A DNA stretch of 62,661 nt, filler included, from Circinaria calcarea (GCA_051942165.1; 3 parts of 3 records of this genome joined end to end with filler, not necessarily neighbours in it), one strand, 5' to 3'. Positions 1 through 11,173 are shown, counted from the whole stretch's first letter. Made by a program: numbers and translations. Notes: generated by a model from the sequence alone, not told the origin.

Positions 1-1101
1 GGTAATTAATATGGGGGGTTGGTTAGGATTCGGCATTTAGAAGGGGGTTTTGAAGGTGGGGAGTGGTTTGGGAGTCTGTGCCCGAAAGGGAAGAGGGCAT
101 GATGATGCAGGTAGGGGATAAAAGGAGTCATGGTTTATGCAGAGCTCGAAGTTCCCTTTTTCGGGAGGAACCGGGCCTGAAAGTTTCGGCGAAGGAGGGT
201 TGAGTGGTTTGATAGAGTGGGTTGGGAACGGGGATAAGTGCGGTGGGTGGGATAGGAGAAAGGAATATATGGGACTGGGACTTGAGATCTCGCACCAAAG
301 CGCCGTTGGTGCAACCAGATACTGAGATGGGTGCCTGTGTCAAGAATAGGGGTTCGTTGCTAGCGAAGGCAACTTATTTATGAAGCGGGTGAATCCAACC
401 GCCGTATCGCCCACATAGCAAGAGACCTTTCAGCTCCACTTTTCCGTAGTTAGTGTAGAACCGATGAACCTGTATTAGCATAGGTAGTAATACGTATTCC
501 ACTCCACTCCTTCATAGTGACTATGCGTGCATAGGTGGTCTTTGGTATTTAGATAGAGCTCTGTCTTTGGATGTAGGTAGGTGAGTGGTGGATAGTAATC
601 TTACTTATTCTGTAGCACTATGGTTGGATGCACAAGGCTGGGTTCAGATATCAAGGGCGGGAAGCTGGTTTATCAGTAGGTCCTCTGAAAGTCGAAATTG
701 CTCCTAGTCTCGAGATTGGTATAGTGTCTAGTACGGATGGATTGCTGGTTTGTCACGAGAATTCGAAGATTCGAACGTGAAGTGTCTCAGAGATAGCGGA
801 ATCACCAGCGGTTAGCTGACTTCGTGGTTTTGTTTGCACCTGTGGTGCATTGCTGTCATCAGGATGACAGGTCTGAAGCGCACAAAGTAGTGCCAGGACA
901 ATTGTGACGAAATTTCGTGTATGGAGACTAGGAGAGGATTAGCTCCTATTCAGGCAAGGGTAAGGGCTATGAGAATATGAGAAGGGCTAACCTCATCTTA
1001 GTAAGAAACTGGACGTACTCCTCCTCCTAAAGTTATAGATTCTTGAGGAGAGGTTGAGCTTATGTATGTACGAGCTAACGCGGCTACATAGCCAGCAAAC
1101 T

Positions 1102-2962
1102 TCAAGGTCCGATCTGTAGTTTCCGAAACCCTTCCTCGAGTTTCTCCAACTCTTGTACCACGTCCTGGTAGAAGACAGCTTGAAGTTTCGGATTGCCAAG
1201 ATCATCACCGCAACCAAAATCACAGTAGAGACATTTTTTGACAATTTCGCCGTATGTGCTACCCATCTCTCTACTTATAGAACTGACAGCACGCGTTGCC
1301 ACGAAGAACTCGGTGAGACGGTTCTCACTGTCTTGGATGTCTCTTGGTTGCTGCAATTCCCGCAAGGTCTGCGCATACCCTAGTTCTAGAAGCACTACTC
1401 CAAGGCCGAAGAGGATCGTATTACGAACGCAACTTGGTGGTGGGAAGTTTGCAGTACGATATAAAGATCCATCGGGTCCTTTAACACGAACATTCAAATG
1501 AGGCGCTGTCAAAGCAGGTGATTGCTGCGTAAGCAAGGCTTCGTCGATGCCGAAGAAATAAATCTCCTCACTTCGTAAGGACTCTTTCAGCCAGGGTGTC
1601 GCATGATATTGGAGGACAGCAGTAGCAAGTGATCGTGCAAGATGTAATCGCTCATACTGGGAAATGCGAACCGAGGGCCCTTGCTTGGATAACGAAGATA
1701 TTATTTGCTCTAGCGACGTAGCATGACGATGGTTGCGTTGAGGCGTTGACGGTGGGAAGTAGATGAAGTGTTTATAACACTCTATATCATCCAGTACCCC
1801 TAGGCATTTGTCGGTGTGCGGCAACTGCAAGACACTTCTCAACTGATCACAGAAGTTCTTCCGCGTACATAAATTCCGCAAGTTGATTGAGGGCATGCTT
1901 GTACATGCCAGAGCAGTGTCAGTGATAGAAGGGACAGTAGCCTGGAATTTCACACTCTTCTTGGTTTTCCTGACGTATACCTCCGCCGACTCATCATGCT
2001 GTCTCTTGAGCGTCTCCACTAGACTGAAATTCTGCGCATCCGACCTTATATGGTTCTCTTGGCCTTCTGTAGGATCCCCAACAATAGATTCGACGAGGAA
2101 CCATACTGGATCTCCAGGGGTTACACTACCCGACAACGTCACATGTGTGAACGCCAACTTGAACCGTACTTGCCGCGTAGACGTATTCTCAGGAGCAAAG
2201 GCCTCCAGACAAAAATGAGTGAGGTGTTCGGTATGCTTCGTGCAAGAGTTCGACAGTGCCCCGTATACATGCTTCGAAGCCTCCTGTATCAACCTAAACT
2301 TCTCAACGTTCTGGCTCAAGCCCTTCGGTGGTTTCTCAGCTTGGCGTCGGTGGCCTTCGAGTCTAGAAATCTGAGCGGAAAGGCGGATGAAATCGTCATT
2401 CAGTGATTTGAGTTCGGCCAGCGTCTCGTTGAGGCGTGATTCCGAGAAGCTAAACTTCAGCTTCTTAGCCACACGATTGCGCCACTTCTTGTCACCGGGG
2501 ATTTCTGGCTATATCTCGGTAGTGTCAGTTGGAATCCGATGATTTCTTCATTGGAGGAAGGTATACTTGACCGCTTTGTTTCATAACCTCATCCAAACCC
2601 CGGCTCTCCTTCTCAATAATGTGTAATTGCTTCGTAACCTGTACGATGATCGTCATGCAGGTGTCCTTCGAGGACGCCAATTGCTCCATTAAATGCTTCT
2701 CGATGATCGGGGAATTCCAACTGCTGTGACTCTTATCATGGAGCATACCACTGGCAACATCAGGTTCGAGAACCGACCCAAGTAAGAGACGGCACTCATT
2801 TCGAAAGATGGTCTTCTGTGTTTGAAGTTTCTGTTGGAATTGGTCCACCTTCGTTGTAAACTTGCAATATCTCACCAACGGCTTCCAACAGTCTTCGTAA
2901 TGCTCTGCAGCGGATGCTAGCAGAGGGAGGATTGTAAGTACGAATCCCACAGCTTCCGCCAT
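1102..2962 (-). CDS. HeLo-like/fungal N-terminal helical domain + C-terminal kinase-like (DUF7580-type) protein, ~600 aa, 2 exons (2962-2567, 2508-1102)
   Basis: N-terminus MAEAVGFVLTILPLLASAAEHY resembles the hydrophobic first helix of HeLo-like domains. C-terminal motifs LARSLATAVLQYHATPWL, LFGLGVVLLELGY, YGEIVKKCLYCDF and FYQDVVQELE are typical of DUF7580-type proteins. The 58-nt intron 2509-2566 (GTATAC..CTGAC..TAG) joins the two ORFs in frame. Confidence 0.75.
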
Positions 2963-3263
2963 GAAGTTGATCGGATCGTGGTATTCAAACAGACTTCGTC
3001 GCCATTCAGATACTCATGTACATGACATATAACCGCCAGACAAGGTTCTGTTCGTCCAATCATCCATTGAAGAGTCAATGAAGCCCTGTACCTGCATAGA
3101 TAAGGTACAGCAAGCATCCTTAAGGCGATTATCAAACTTTCGTCGAAGGATGCTTGCCCCTGCTGCTCCGGTGGCAAGGGATTTGTAGTTTTTATTCTGC
3201 GACGTTGCCTGATTGCAGATTATACTCGAGACGCGGGGCCAGCCGGCACAATCATAGCGGAAG

Positions 3264-6200
3264 ATGGCCATGGCATATGATACTTTGGTCTTTACCCAGG
3301 AGTGGATTGATGGGAATAATTTCCAACGTCTACCTCAAGAAGATCAAGTGGACCTGAGCTTTGCGCAAGAGTTGTATGATGCATGTATTGGATTCTTCAC
3401 GAAAGTTTTGCAGGGCATCTCCCGATCCGGTAGCGACATTGTCCAGAAGTACCAGCTTGGCACTTTGAAGGAGGAGTGGGCTCGGTTGTACTTATGGGGC
3501 AGCGGATTTGAAAATGGCAAACTGGCTGGTGTACTCGCCCAGTCAGACGAGCTACGAGACAGTGTTCTCGAACTTCTCTCGGGCACTAGCCAACTGCTCA
3601 TCCACAGTAAGCAATGCATCCACTCTTGTTTAAAATCCGTCAAGTAACAGAGATTGATGAGAGGACACCTTTTAGATCTTGCTACGAATCGTCCGTCGAT
3701 ATCCTCGGACTTGAATGTCCAAGTCGCTGAACTCAGCAGGCTCGCGGATCGATCAAGACTCATCACCTCTAGTTCTCTTAGTAACTACGCGGAGGACGCT
3801 GAATGGTTTACCATCGATGAAAAAAACGACCAGGAAAGACCAAGTTCTGCCTTGGTAAGAAGGTGTACGAAGCTGGTTGGTGAAACCGAGCTGACGGCCA
3901 AAGAGGGCAGAAACGGCTGCCTATCAGGAGCGCTCAGCGTTATCATTCTCTGCAAAGCACGATCCATCAACTTGCAATGAAGACTCTGATGCCGAAGTGG
4001 ACAGCTCGGATGAATCTTGCTCTGATTTCTATTCGACACTTCGATGTCGAATAGACTGTCTGATGGATCTACTGCCGACGATGGAGCAAAGCCTTGCGCA
4101 GTCTAGGGCAATAAGGAAAGCACCTGCATTGAGGATCCCGTTTACTGTGTCCGAGGCTGCTCGACCCTTTGTGCTCAACGTGCACGACAAGTTTAGCATG
4201 GCTGATAGCAAACTGGTCGAACGACTTGGTGAGTCCAATTGGCAAAGATACGTGACAGTCAGGGCTCGAATGAATCGAATCGCCAGCGTCAATGATGTCA
4301 ACGGGGAGACTCGTGAAGTCGAATGGACTAAGCCGGTGGTGTTTGGGAAAAACCCGCCTCAATCTATGTTCACCCCCTATTCGGTGTTTCATGATTCCGG
4401 CATGGGTACAAGCATGGCATCGACCTCACGGTATACTGCATCAGTGGCCTCTCATACCTCCTTCATCTCCAGCCAAGCGGAGGAAGGTAAAGCAACGTTA
4501 CGTGTGCCACCAACGCCCCCAGAAGTAGCTCTAAACGAGCCTTTTAGATGCTTTATATGCGGCCACATGCTCTTCAAAATCCAGAATCGTGTTGATTGGA
4601 AGTGGGTCAACTTGGAGAAGCCATCGAATAGAGGCTAAATCGTTTACAGATTACACGTTTTCGCTGATCTCCAACCTTATATCTGTACTTTCGAATCCTG
4701 TAAAAGCAAAATGCTAAAATTTCCAACGCGGAAGTTGTGGTCCGAACACGAGTTCCCTGAACATCGGCAGAGTCGTACGTGGCATTGCCCTCTTTGCTCA
4801 ACAATATCACACAGCTTCCAGGATCTCGAGGATCATCTTTCGATGAGCCATGCAGACCATATGCCCTCTACGTCGCTTCAAGTCATCCTCAACACAGCTG
4901 AGACTAAGGATGCCGAACCAATCGAAGAGCAGTCTTGCCCTTTATGCAAGATATTACCGGGGAAATCTCAGAGGACCTTCGCTAAGCACGTCGGCCGGCA
5001 CATGGAAACTATTGCGTTGGCTGTTCTCCCCAGAGAAACGGAAGACGATTCGGATGAGAGCTCACTCGACTATGCTGCAGAGGATAGTGCGTCCATTAGT
5101 GTGAAAGACGTGTTAACGGGACAAGAAGATTCTGGAAAGGAAGAAGGCAACTCGCCACTCTATCCCAGCACGTTACAGCTTCCCCTGCCTTCTCTCACTC
5201 TTAAGTTCTCATTGGAAGAAAGTAAGGAGAGCAGACGTTGGCCGAACCCAGATAGCTGCCGATTTGTGAAAGATATTGTGGGAACTTCGCTCATACGCTC
5301 AATCCAAGGACCTGAGAAATGCCCGCTAGTGACTTGTGAGCATCACAAAAAAGGGTTTGCTTGTAAACGCGATAGCCGATATCATGCTTTAGCTCACTAC
5401 GATGGCAGTACGACTTGTGGATTCTGTTCTAACTTAGATTTTGCGAAAGACGCGCCTTATTATAACCATGATGCATTCAAACGCCACCTTACTTCTGTGC
5501 ATGGAGTTGACGCAACGTCACTACCGAGTAGTGGCATCAGGATAAGTCCTAAGAAATCTGCGGCAGACGTCTCAGGTAAATGTTGTACTTGTTCAGTAAC
5601 TTTCTACAAGCCCCAGGAATTATATGATCATCTTGATGAGTGTGTACTTCGTTTCATATCGAGTCTGCCCGGCAACGAAGGGGAAAAGTGTTCTAGTCAG
5701 CATAGCGGAGCCGAAGGTACTGTGGGAATCCCTGATCCGCCAAGATCACCTCCGCAACTGCCAAATAAACCCCTTCAACGACATCCTGACGACACTGCGA
5801 TTTGGCCGCTTTCAGAAGATGCTGGCCAGGTGACGGTATCGAAAGAGCTTTCCATGAAGTCATCAAAGAGAAACAGCATTTCATCTATCCCCAACGTTGA
5901 GAAAACACTCAAAACACCCCGTGAAGCTCTAGTGCAGCCACACAGGCCAAAGGCATATGCAAATATCCCGTCGGTCCATCGACCACCGCTCGTATACACT
6001 CCTACAGTACAAGATGACAGCATACCCCGACAAACAGCTACTCGAAGCTCGCTGCACGAATATGAGGAACGGCTGGTGTCGAAGACCCAAAAAGCCGAGG
6101 AAGAAAGGAAAGAGGACAGTAGTCAGCAGCCGACATACTGCTACTGTGATGGGGGTAGTTATGGCGAGATGATGGCTTGCGATAATGCTGAGTGTGAGAA

Positions 6201-7173
6201 GGAGTGGTTTCACTTACAGTGCATAGGGTTGACGTACTCCCTGCCAAGAGACTGTAAGACTTGGCGACATTATGACAGTAGCAGTAAGCTAACTCTATCT
6301 GTAGCAAAGTGGTATTGTAGGGACTGCGTTACTAATCTGCGACCAATGCACTACGTGACTCTACAACAAGCCCAACAACAACGAGGAGCCCAAAGAGAAG
6401 CAACTCCGGATTCAATTGAAAATATAACTACCACTATCCCGGAGGCTAGAAGAGTCAGCGGACATACAGAATTTTTTATGAGACGTGAAAGTTTAGTGTT
6501 ATCGCTCATAAAAGAGAGACAGTGGAAGGAAGCAGAAAAGCTAGAAATGGAAGTTGTTACAATGAGGGAAAGCCTTTTGGGAGCAGAACATGCAGATACA
6601 CTACACAGTATGGGGAATCTAGTAAAGATATATAACGCACAAAGGAAATGGGAAGAAGCTGAGAAGCTAGGATTGCATGTAATGGAGACGAGAAAGAAGG
6701 TGCTTGGTGCAGAAAATATGCATACACTAGACAGCATGGAGATCTTAGCAAGAATATTCAGTACTCGAAGGCAGTGGAAAGAGGCTGAAAAGCTGGAAGT
6801 CCAAGTTATGGAGTTGAAACAAAAGATACTTGGCGAAGAACATCCTGATACACTTGACTACATGGGACTCTTGGCACGGACATACTTCTTACAAAACAAA
6901 TGGATTGAAGCTGAAAGCCTGCAAATTAAAATTATAAAGACGAGAGAGAGGGTGCTTGGCCCAGAACATGCAGATACATTGGACAGTATGGGCCTCTTAG
7001 TAAAGGGGTACTGTGAGCAAAAGCGATGGAAAGAAGCCGAAGAGCTGCAAACGCAAATTTTGGAGACGAAGAGGAGGGCGCTTGGCGCAGAACACCCTTC
7101 TACACGAGCCAGTATGGCGAGTTTAGTAAATATATTCTCTATGCACGGACGAGAGAAATCTGGTGAGCTATAA
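3264..7173 (+). CDS. Mosaic protein: helical N-terminus + acuF-like C2H2 zinc-finger region + KLAP1-like C2H2 fragment + ING-type PHD finger + 5 TPR repeats
   Basis: Predicted introns 3607-3675, 3855-3903 (AAG acceptor, least certain), 4602-4649 and 6254-6304 link the ORFs in frame. Motifs: CFIC..WKLHVFADLQPYICTF..C..W.EHE..H..WHCPLC..CPLC..HVGRHMETIALAVLP; YCYC..SYGEMMACDN.EC.KEWFHL.CIGL..KWYC.DC; 42-aa repeats W.EAE.L...V...R..VLG.EH.DTL.SM..L. Confidence 0.8.
6520..7149 (+). repeat. Five tandem 126-bp (42-aa) kinesin-light-chain-type TPR repeats
   Basis: Units start at about 6520, 6646, 6772, 6898 and 7024, each with W.EAE.L and LG.EH..T..SM motifs. Confidence 0.9.
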
Positions 7174-7905
7174 CCACGTTGTACAATCTGACAAGGAATT
7201 GTACGGATGGAGGATTTTTTATTCAGCGCAGGCAATTTTTCTCTCTATTTTAGATGCACTGCTCTGTTAGTGTCGCCGGATGATGGGTTACTAATCTAAG
7301 GGAGCGTAAGTTTCATATAATATTTACTATGACGTGGAGCCTTTCACCTTTCGATTTAATAAGGCAGGCGTTTTATGGATGCTATGTACCGACACTTCTC
7401 AACGTTTTTTACCGCTATTATTTTAGATACTATCTGCCCACTCTATTACTAGAATGAGATGAATTAATATGGCGAAGGAGCAAGCTGAGGAAGAGGGTTT
7501 GGAGGTTGAAAAGGGAGCGAATGCCGAGAAAAAGGATGGTATGTGTGACTACCAAGGTCAGTATCCCAAACCAAACCCCTTTTCAGCACTCATTCTACCC
7601 TCCTAGGGTACATCTCTTATCTTATCCTTTAACGCCCTCAGAATATGTCTTCCTAATCAAACCCTATGCAGCAAGCTCACTTCTTCCCAGGGCTGCCAGT
7701 AGTCCGGACTGCGAACACAGTCAGTCCACCTTAACAGTCCAAAATGTGTGTGGAAATTGCAGGCAAGTGAGGCGTTGACTAGGAAACATATGCGCGCGTG
7801 TCAATCTCGGCTACGTGCACGCAGATCTTTATTTAACTTTGTTCTTGCAGTCAAGCCTAATGCCTTTTCTGGCTTTGCTAATAGGAATAACAGGCATGTG
7901 ATCAC

Positions 7906-8705
7906 TTAATTCGCGCTTCGAATCGTGCCCATCCTCTCCGCCGCCTCTTGCGCAATCATTCTCGTCTCCTCGACTAGCTCCTCGTTCCTCGCTGCTTCTG
8001 TAAAGCCCTGACGCCATCTTCCCCAAGCCTCCCGACTGCGTGGCATGCCAAGCTCCGGAATCGAGAAGTCGCTCGCGTACATTTCCTGGCCGGAAATCAG
8101 GATCCACTGGGCGGCGGCTGGCACGAGGCCGTCCAGCACCCGGGGATTAAAGGACAGGGTGGTTTCTTCTGTCTGGCTTTACTGTGGTGGAGAAGTGTTC
8201 TCCAAAGCCTCACGGATCGTATAAAAGCCGAAGCGGAGGAACGATTCGTTGGGCAAGCGGGTTAGGAGGCGTGCGGCCCAGGCGGTGATGTTGATCCATT
8301 GGGTGTAATCTTCGGAGTGGTAGATAGCCGAGGTATCTGAGCCGGGATCTAGAAGCGGTGGTCAGCACCGGGTTTATAAAAGCGAGAAGAGGACAGAGAA
8401 AAGGGGGGGAGCTTGAGTATACGGTTCCAGGCCTCGCGCAGCTCGATATATAAGCCAGCCATGCCATTAGCGCTGGATTGCTTCATAGCTGCGACGATAT
8501 CCACGAGCTGGTTGTGTGCGGCCGGAAGCTCGGAGGCGGCGCGTACGAGCATGTAGCCTGGGTCTGGGTCTGCGGCTAGGATCCGTCCCGCTGCGATTTG
8601 AGCGGTGAGGGGAGGGGTGCCGTTGAGGTAATGCTGGAGGATTGCGAGCGCGGAGTCGTTTAGGTCAGAATCCTGTATGGCTTCTGAGAAGAAGCTTTCG
8701 GACAT
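7906..8705 (-). pseudogene. DUF3632-like gene with premature in-frame stop (probable pseudogene or null allele)
   Basis: Exon 8705-8423, intron 8349-8422 (GTATAC..CTGAC..TAG), exon 8348-7906. Exon 2 reads ..QWINITAWAARLL..FYTIREALENTSPPQ*SQTEE..LDGLVPAAAQWILISG..WGRWRQGF..AQEAAERM, matching the DUF3632 pattern. TAA at 8179-8181 interrupts the frame. Confidence 0.65.
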
Positions 8706-9754
8706 GATGTAAGCTTTATTACGGGAAGATGAGTGAGGTGCAGGTTTCGGGTGGGTGAGGTTGGATTTAGTGACTAGTAAGTAAGGTGAATTGATGTAGT
8801 TGGTGTTCCTGGCTTTGGATGTGATAAAGGAGAGAATGCGAGGAGAGTGGGGGTTATTTCATTCTTATCAGGCAGCATGCAATGAAGGGCTAGTGAAGGC
8901 GAGTTGGCTACGCGGAGATTTGTGTTTGGGGCAGTTGGAGTTGCTGTTAGGAAATTCGTTGTGCAAAAATATCTTAAATGGAATAATATATGGAGATCCT
9001 GGGCTATTTTGTTAATAAATATTAAACAGTTTTTATATTTTAACTTAAAGGTTTAGCAGGGAGTGACTTAAGTAATGCATTAGGACGGTATTCAATGTGT
9101 ACGCAATATTGTGTAACGTGTATGGTTCGCAAAGTGCGAAGTTAAGGGGAAAACTCTACAAACTACGCTATTACCAATACGGGTAGTACAGAACTTCTGC
9201 ATACAGAAGTTTGGCATAGAGTTCGGCATAGAGTTCGGCATACAGTATGCTTGGCTCTCTATTCAACACACCATAATTTGTTTTAATATTTTTTTATATA
9301 ATTGTAATATCGAGATTCGGTGGCAAATTTTATTCAATAGCTTGCATATGGTTCCGCCTAATAATTTAAGTTATCCTATATTGAATAATAGAACCTTGCT
9401 TACCAGGCAGATAGTCCGTCAGCCAACCGAACGCAGATATTGAGATTTCAAGTATTTCTCTTCGGTCTTGTAGCCTTCCAATGCACTGCCCGCAGGCGCA
9501 GACGCCTAGTTCGTACAACACAGCAAGGCTATTAAGAGTATGAAAAGGCTGAGAAGAAGACCCACAAGGCTGGCCATCAATGGTATATAAATCCTGGAAT
9601 TCCACGCCACAAAGACAGAAAAGAGACCGTAGTCCAAAAATCACACAGCATATACAGTTACACCGATCGCACAGATACACCCAATTTAGATACCACAGCC
9701 TTTTGCTTAACTAGCCTACCACCCTCTTTCCCTTCCCCTTGTGGACTTGCAACA

Positions 9755-11077
9755 ATGAACAACCCCATCCTCTCCGCCTTCATCACCGTCACCGCCTACG
9801 CTCCCATCGCCCTCTATGCCGAGTCTCTCCGAGTCCAACGTGCTATGGTTGCATCCATCCTCTCCCCCCGCTCTCTCGCTCCCGCCATCACCGGCTGCGT
9901 CAAGGACCTGCACCGTCTCTGGCACCTCGACGACGCTCAGCTCTTCGGCAACTTCGAGGACGAGCGCGCCGCGTGCGTCGCCTCCGTCAAGCACGGCAAC
10001 AGCTTTCCGTTGCACAACCAGACCGTGCTGCTGCTTGCCGGCATACTTAGGGGGAAGGTGAACGTAGCGGGCGCGGTCGTACCGTATACGCCAGCGATAG
10101 GGGGAGGATTCCGGATGAGGAGGGAAACGGTTGTAAGTTTGAGTTTCGTGCTGCCGCACGAAGCGGGGAGCGCAAAACGCGGGTTTTGCTGGCTGCAGGG
10201 TGTTTGTTGGGGTGTGACGCTAATGGAACTCATGGGGCCAATTGTGATGGCGGCATACATGGCGATGTGGGGTGACATGATGGGGTTGATACTGATGGTG
10301 GGCTTCTCGTTGTCGGTCCTGGTACTGGCAGTGCTGCGCTTCTTCATGCATCCCATCGTCGCGAATCAGAGCGAGATATCGAGGTTCCGCAAAGATATTG
10401 CTAAGGGGGTAACGACACTTGATGTGCATATTATTGCAGATAAGTGGAACGATAAACATCTCAATGTTGCTTGCGGGTATACAAGCCACCTTCACGCGCT
10501 GACCAATATCCCTATGGCTATCAACCGACCGGGGCTTCTCCTGTGGGCGAGTCGAGGGCTTGCTGTTGTCATACTTGTCCAGGCGGCTAGTCTCGCCAGC
10601 TTAATCGGGAATAAGGAGAATGCCTGGCTGTCTCTGACCTGGCTCGTCACATATATCTTGATGTTGATACCCCCACGCATTCTCAACACCTATTGCTCCG
10701 AGTTAACCTACGAGAGTCATACAGCTACATTGATAAAAGTTCCACCAATTCACTTTTCCTGCCGTCGAGCGGCGTTGATATTCATCACTTTGCTGCCAGT
10801 TTCGAAGCAGGCCCACGTCGAAGACTGGGCCTGGATGAATGTCTTTATTCCGGATAACGAACGGAGAAGGATATGGAAGACTCAGATCGATTCACTAGAT
10901 CCAGTTACTCTTGAGACTGATCTAGCTGTCTGTGGACAGGGTCTCCCGGAGGAAGTTGAAGCTGAGTACCGGAAATCAAAAGATCTGCTTAAAGAAGCTA
11001 GTGCTGCGTATTACCACCCGCGAGTTCTCCAGCCTCTACTGCTGTATAAAACAAGTGTTGGGTTGCAAAAGATTTGA
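9755..11077 (+). CDS. Uncharacterised multi-pass membrane protein, 440 aa, single exon
   Basis: Long ATG-initiated ORF with about four hydrophobic segments (WLQGVCWGVTLMELMGPIVMAAYMAMW; MMGLILMVGFSLSVLVLAVLRFF; LAVVILVQAASLASLIG; AWLSLTWLVTYILMLIPP). TATA-like TATATAAA near 9584. Confidence 0.75.
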   Translation: MNNPILSAFITVTAYAPIALYAESLRVQRAMVASILSPRSLAPAITGCVKDLHRLWHLDDAQLFGNFEDERAACVASVKHGNSFPLHNQTVLLLAGILRGKVNVAGAVVPYTPAIGGGFRMRRETVVSLSFVLPHEAGSAKRGFCWLQGVCWGVTLMELMGPIVMAAYMAMWGDMMGLILMVGFSLSVLVLAVLRFFMHPIVANQSEISRFRKDIAKGVTTLDVHIIADKWNDKHLNVACGYTSHLHALTNIPMAINRPGLLLWASRGLAVVILVQAASLASLIGNKENAWLSLTWLVTYILMLIPPRILNTYCSELTYESHTATLIKVPPIHFSCRRAALIFITLLPVSKQAHVEDWAWMNVFIPDNERRRIWKTQIDSLDPVTLETDLAVCGQGLPEEVEAEYRKSKDLLKEASAAYYHPRVLQPLLLYKTSVGLQKI

Positions 11078-11173
11078 GGATAGTTCTGTGTTTAATATGA
11101 AGAGTTAAAACTACCTGGTTTATAGCTAGCGGTAGATAACGTCTAGAGAATTTATACCTTCCGTTTGATTTTA

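Noticed and set aside
1..343. Short ORFs in the G-rich contig start
   Set aside because: Low complexity with no recognisable motif.
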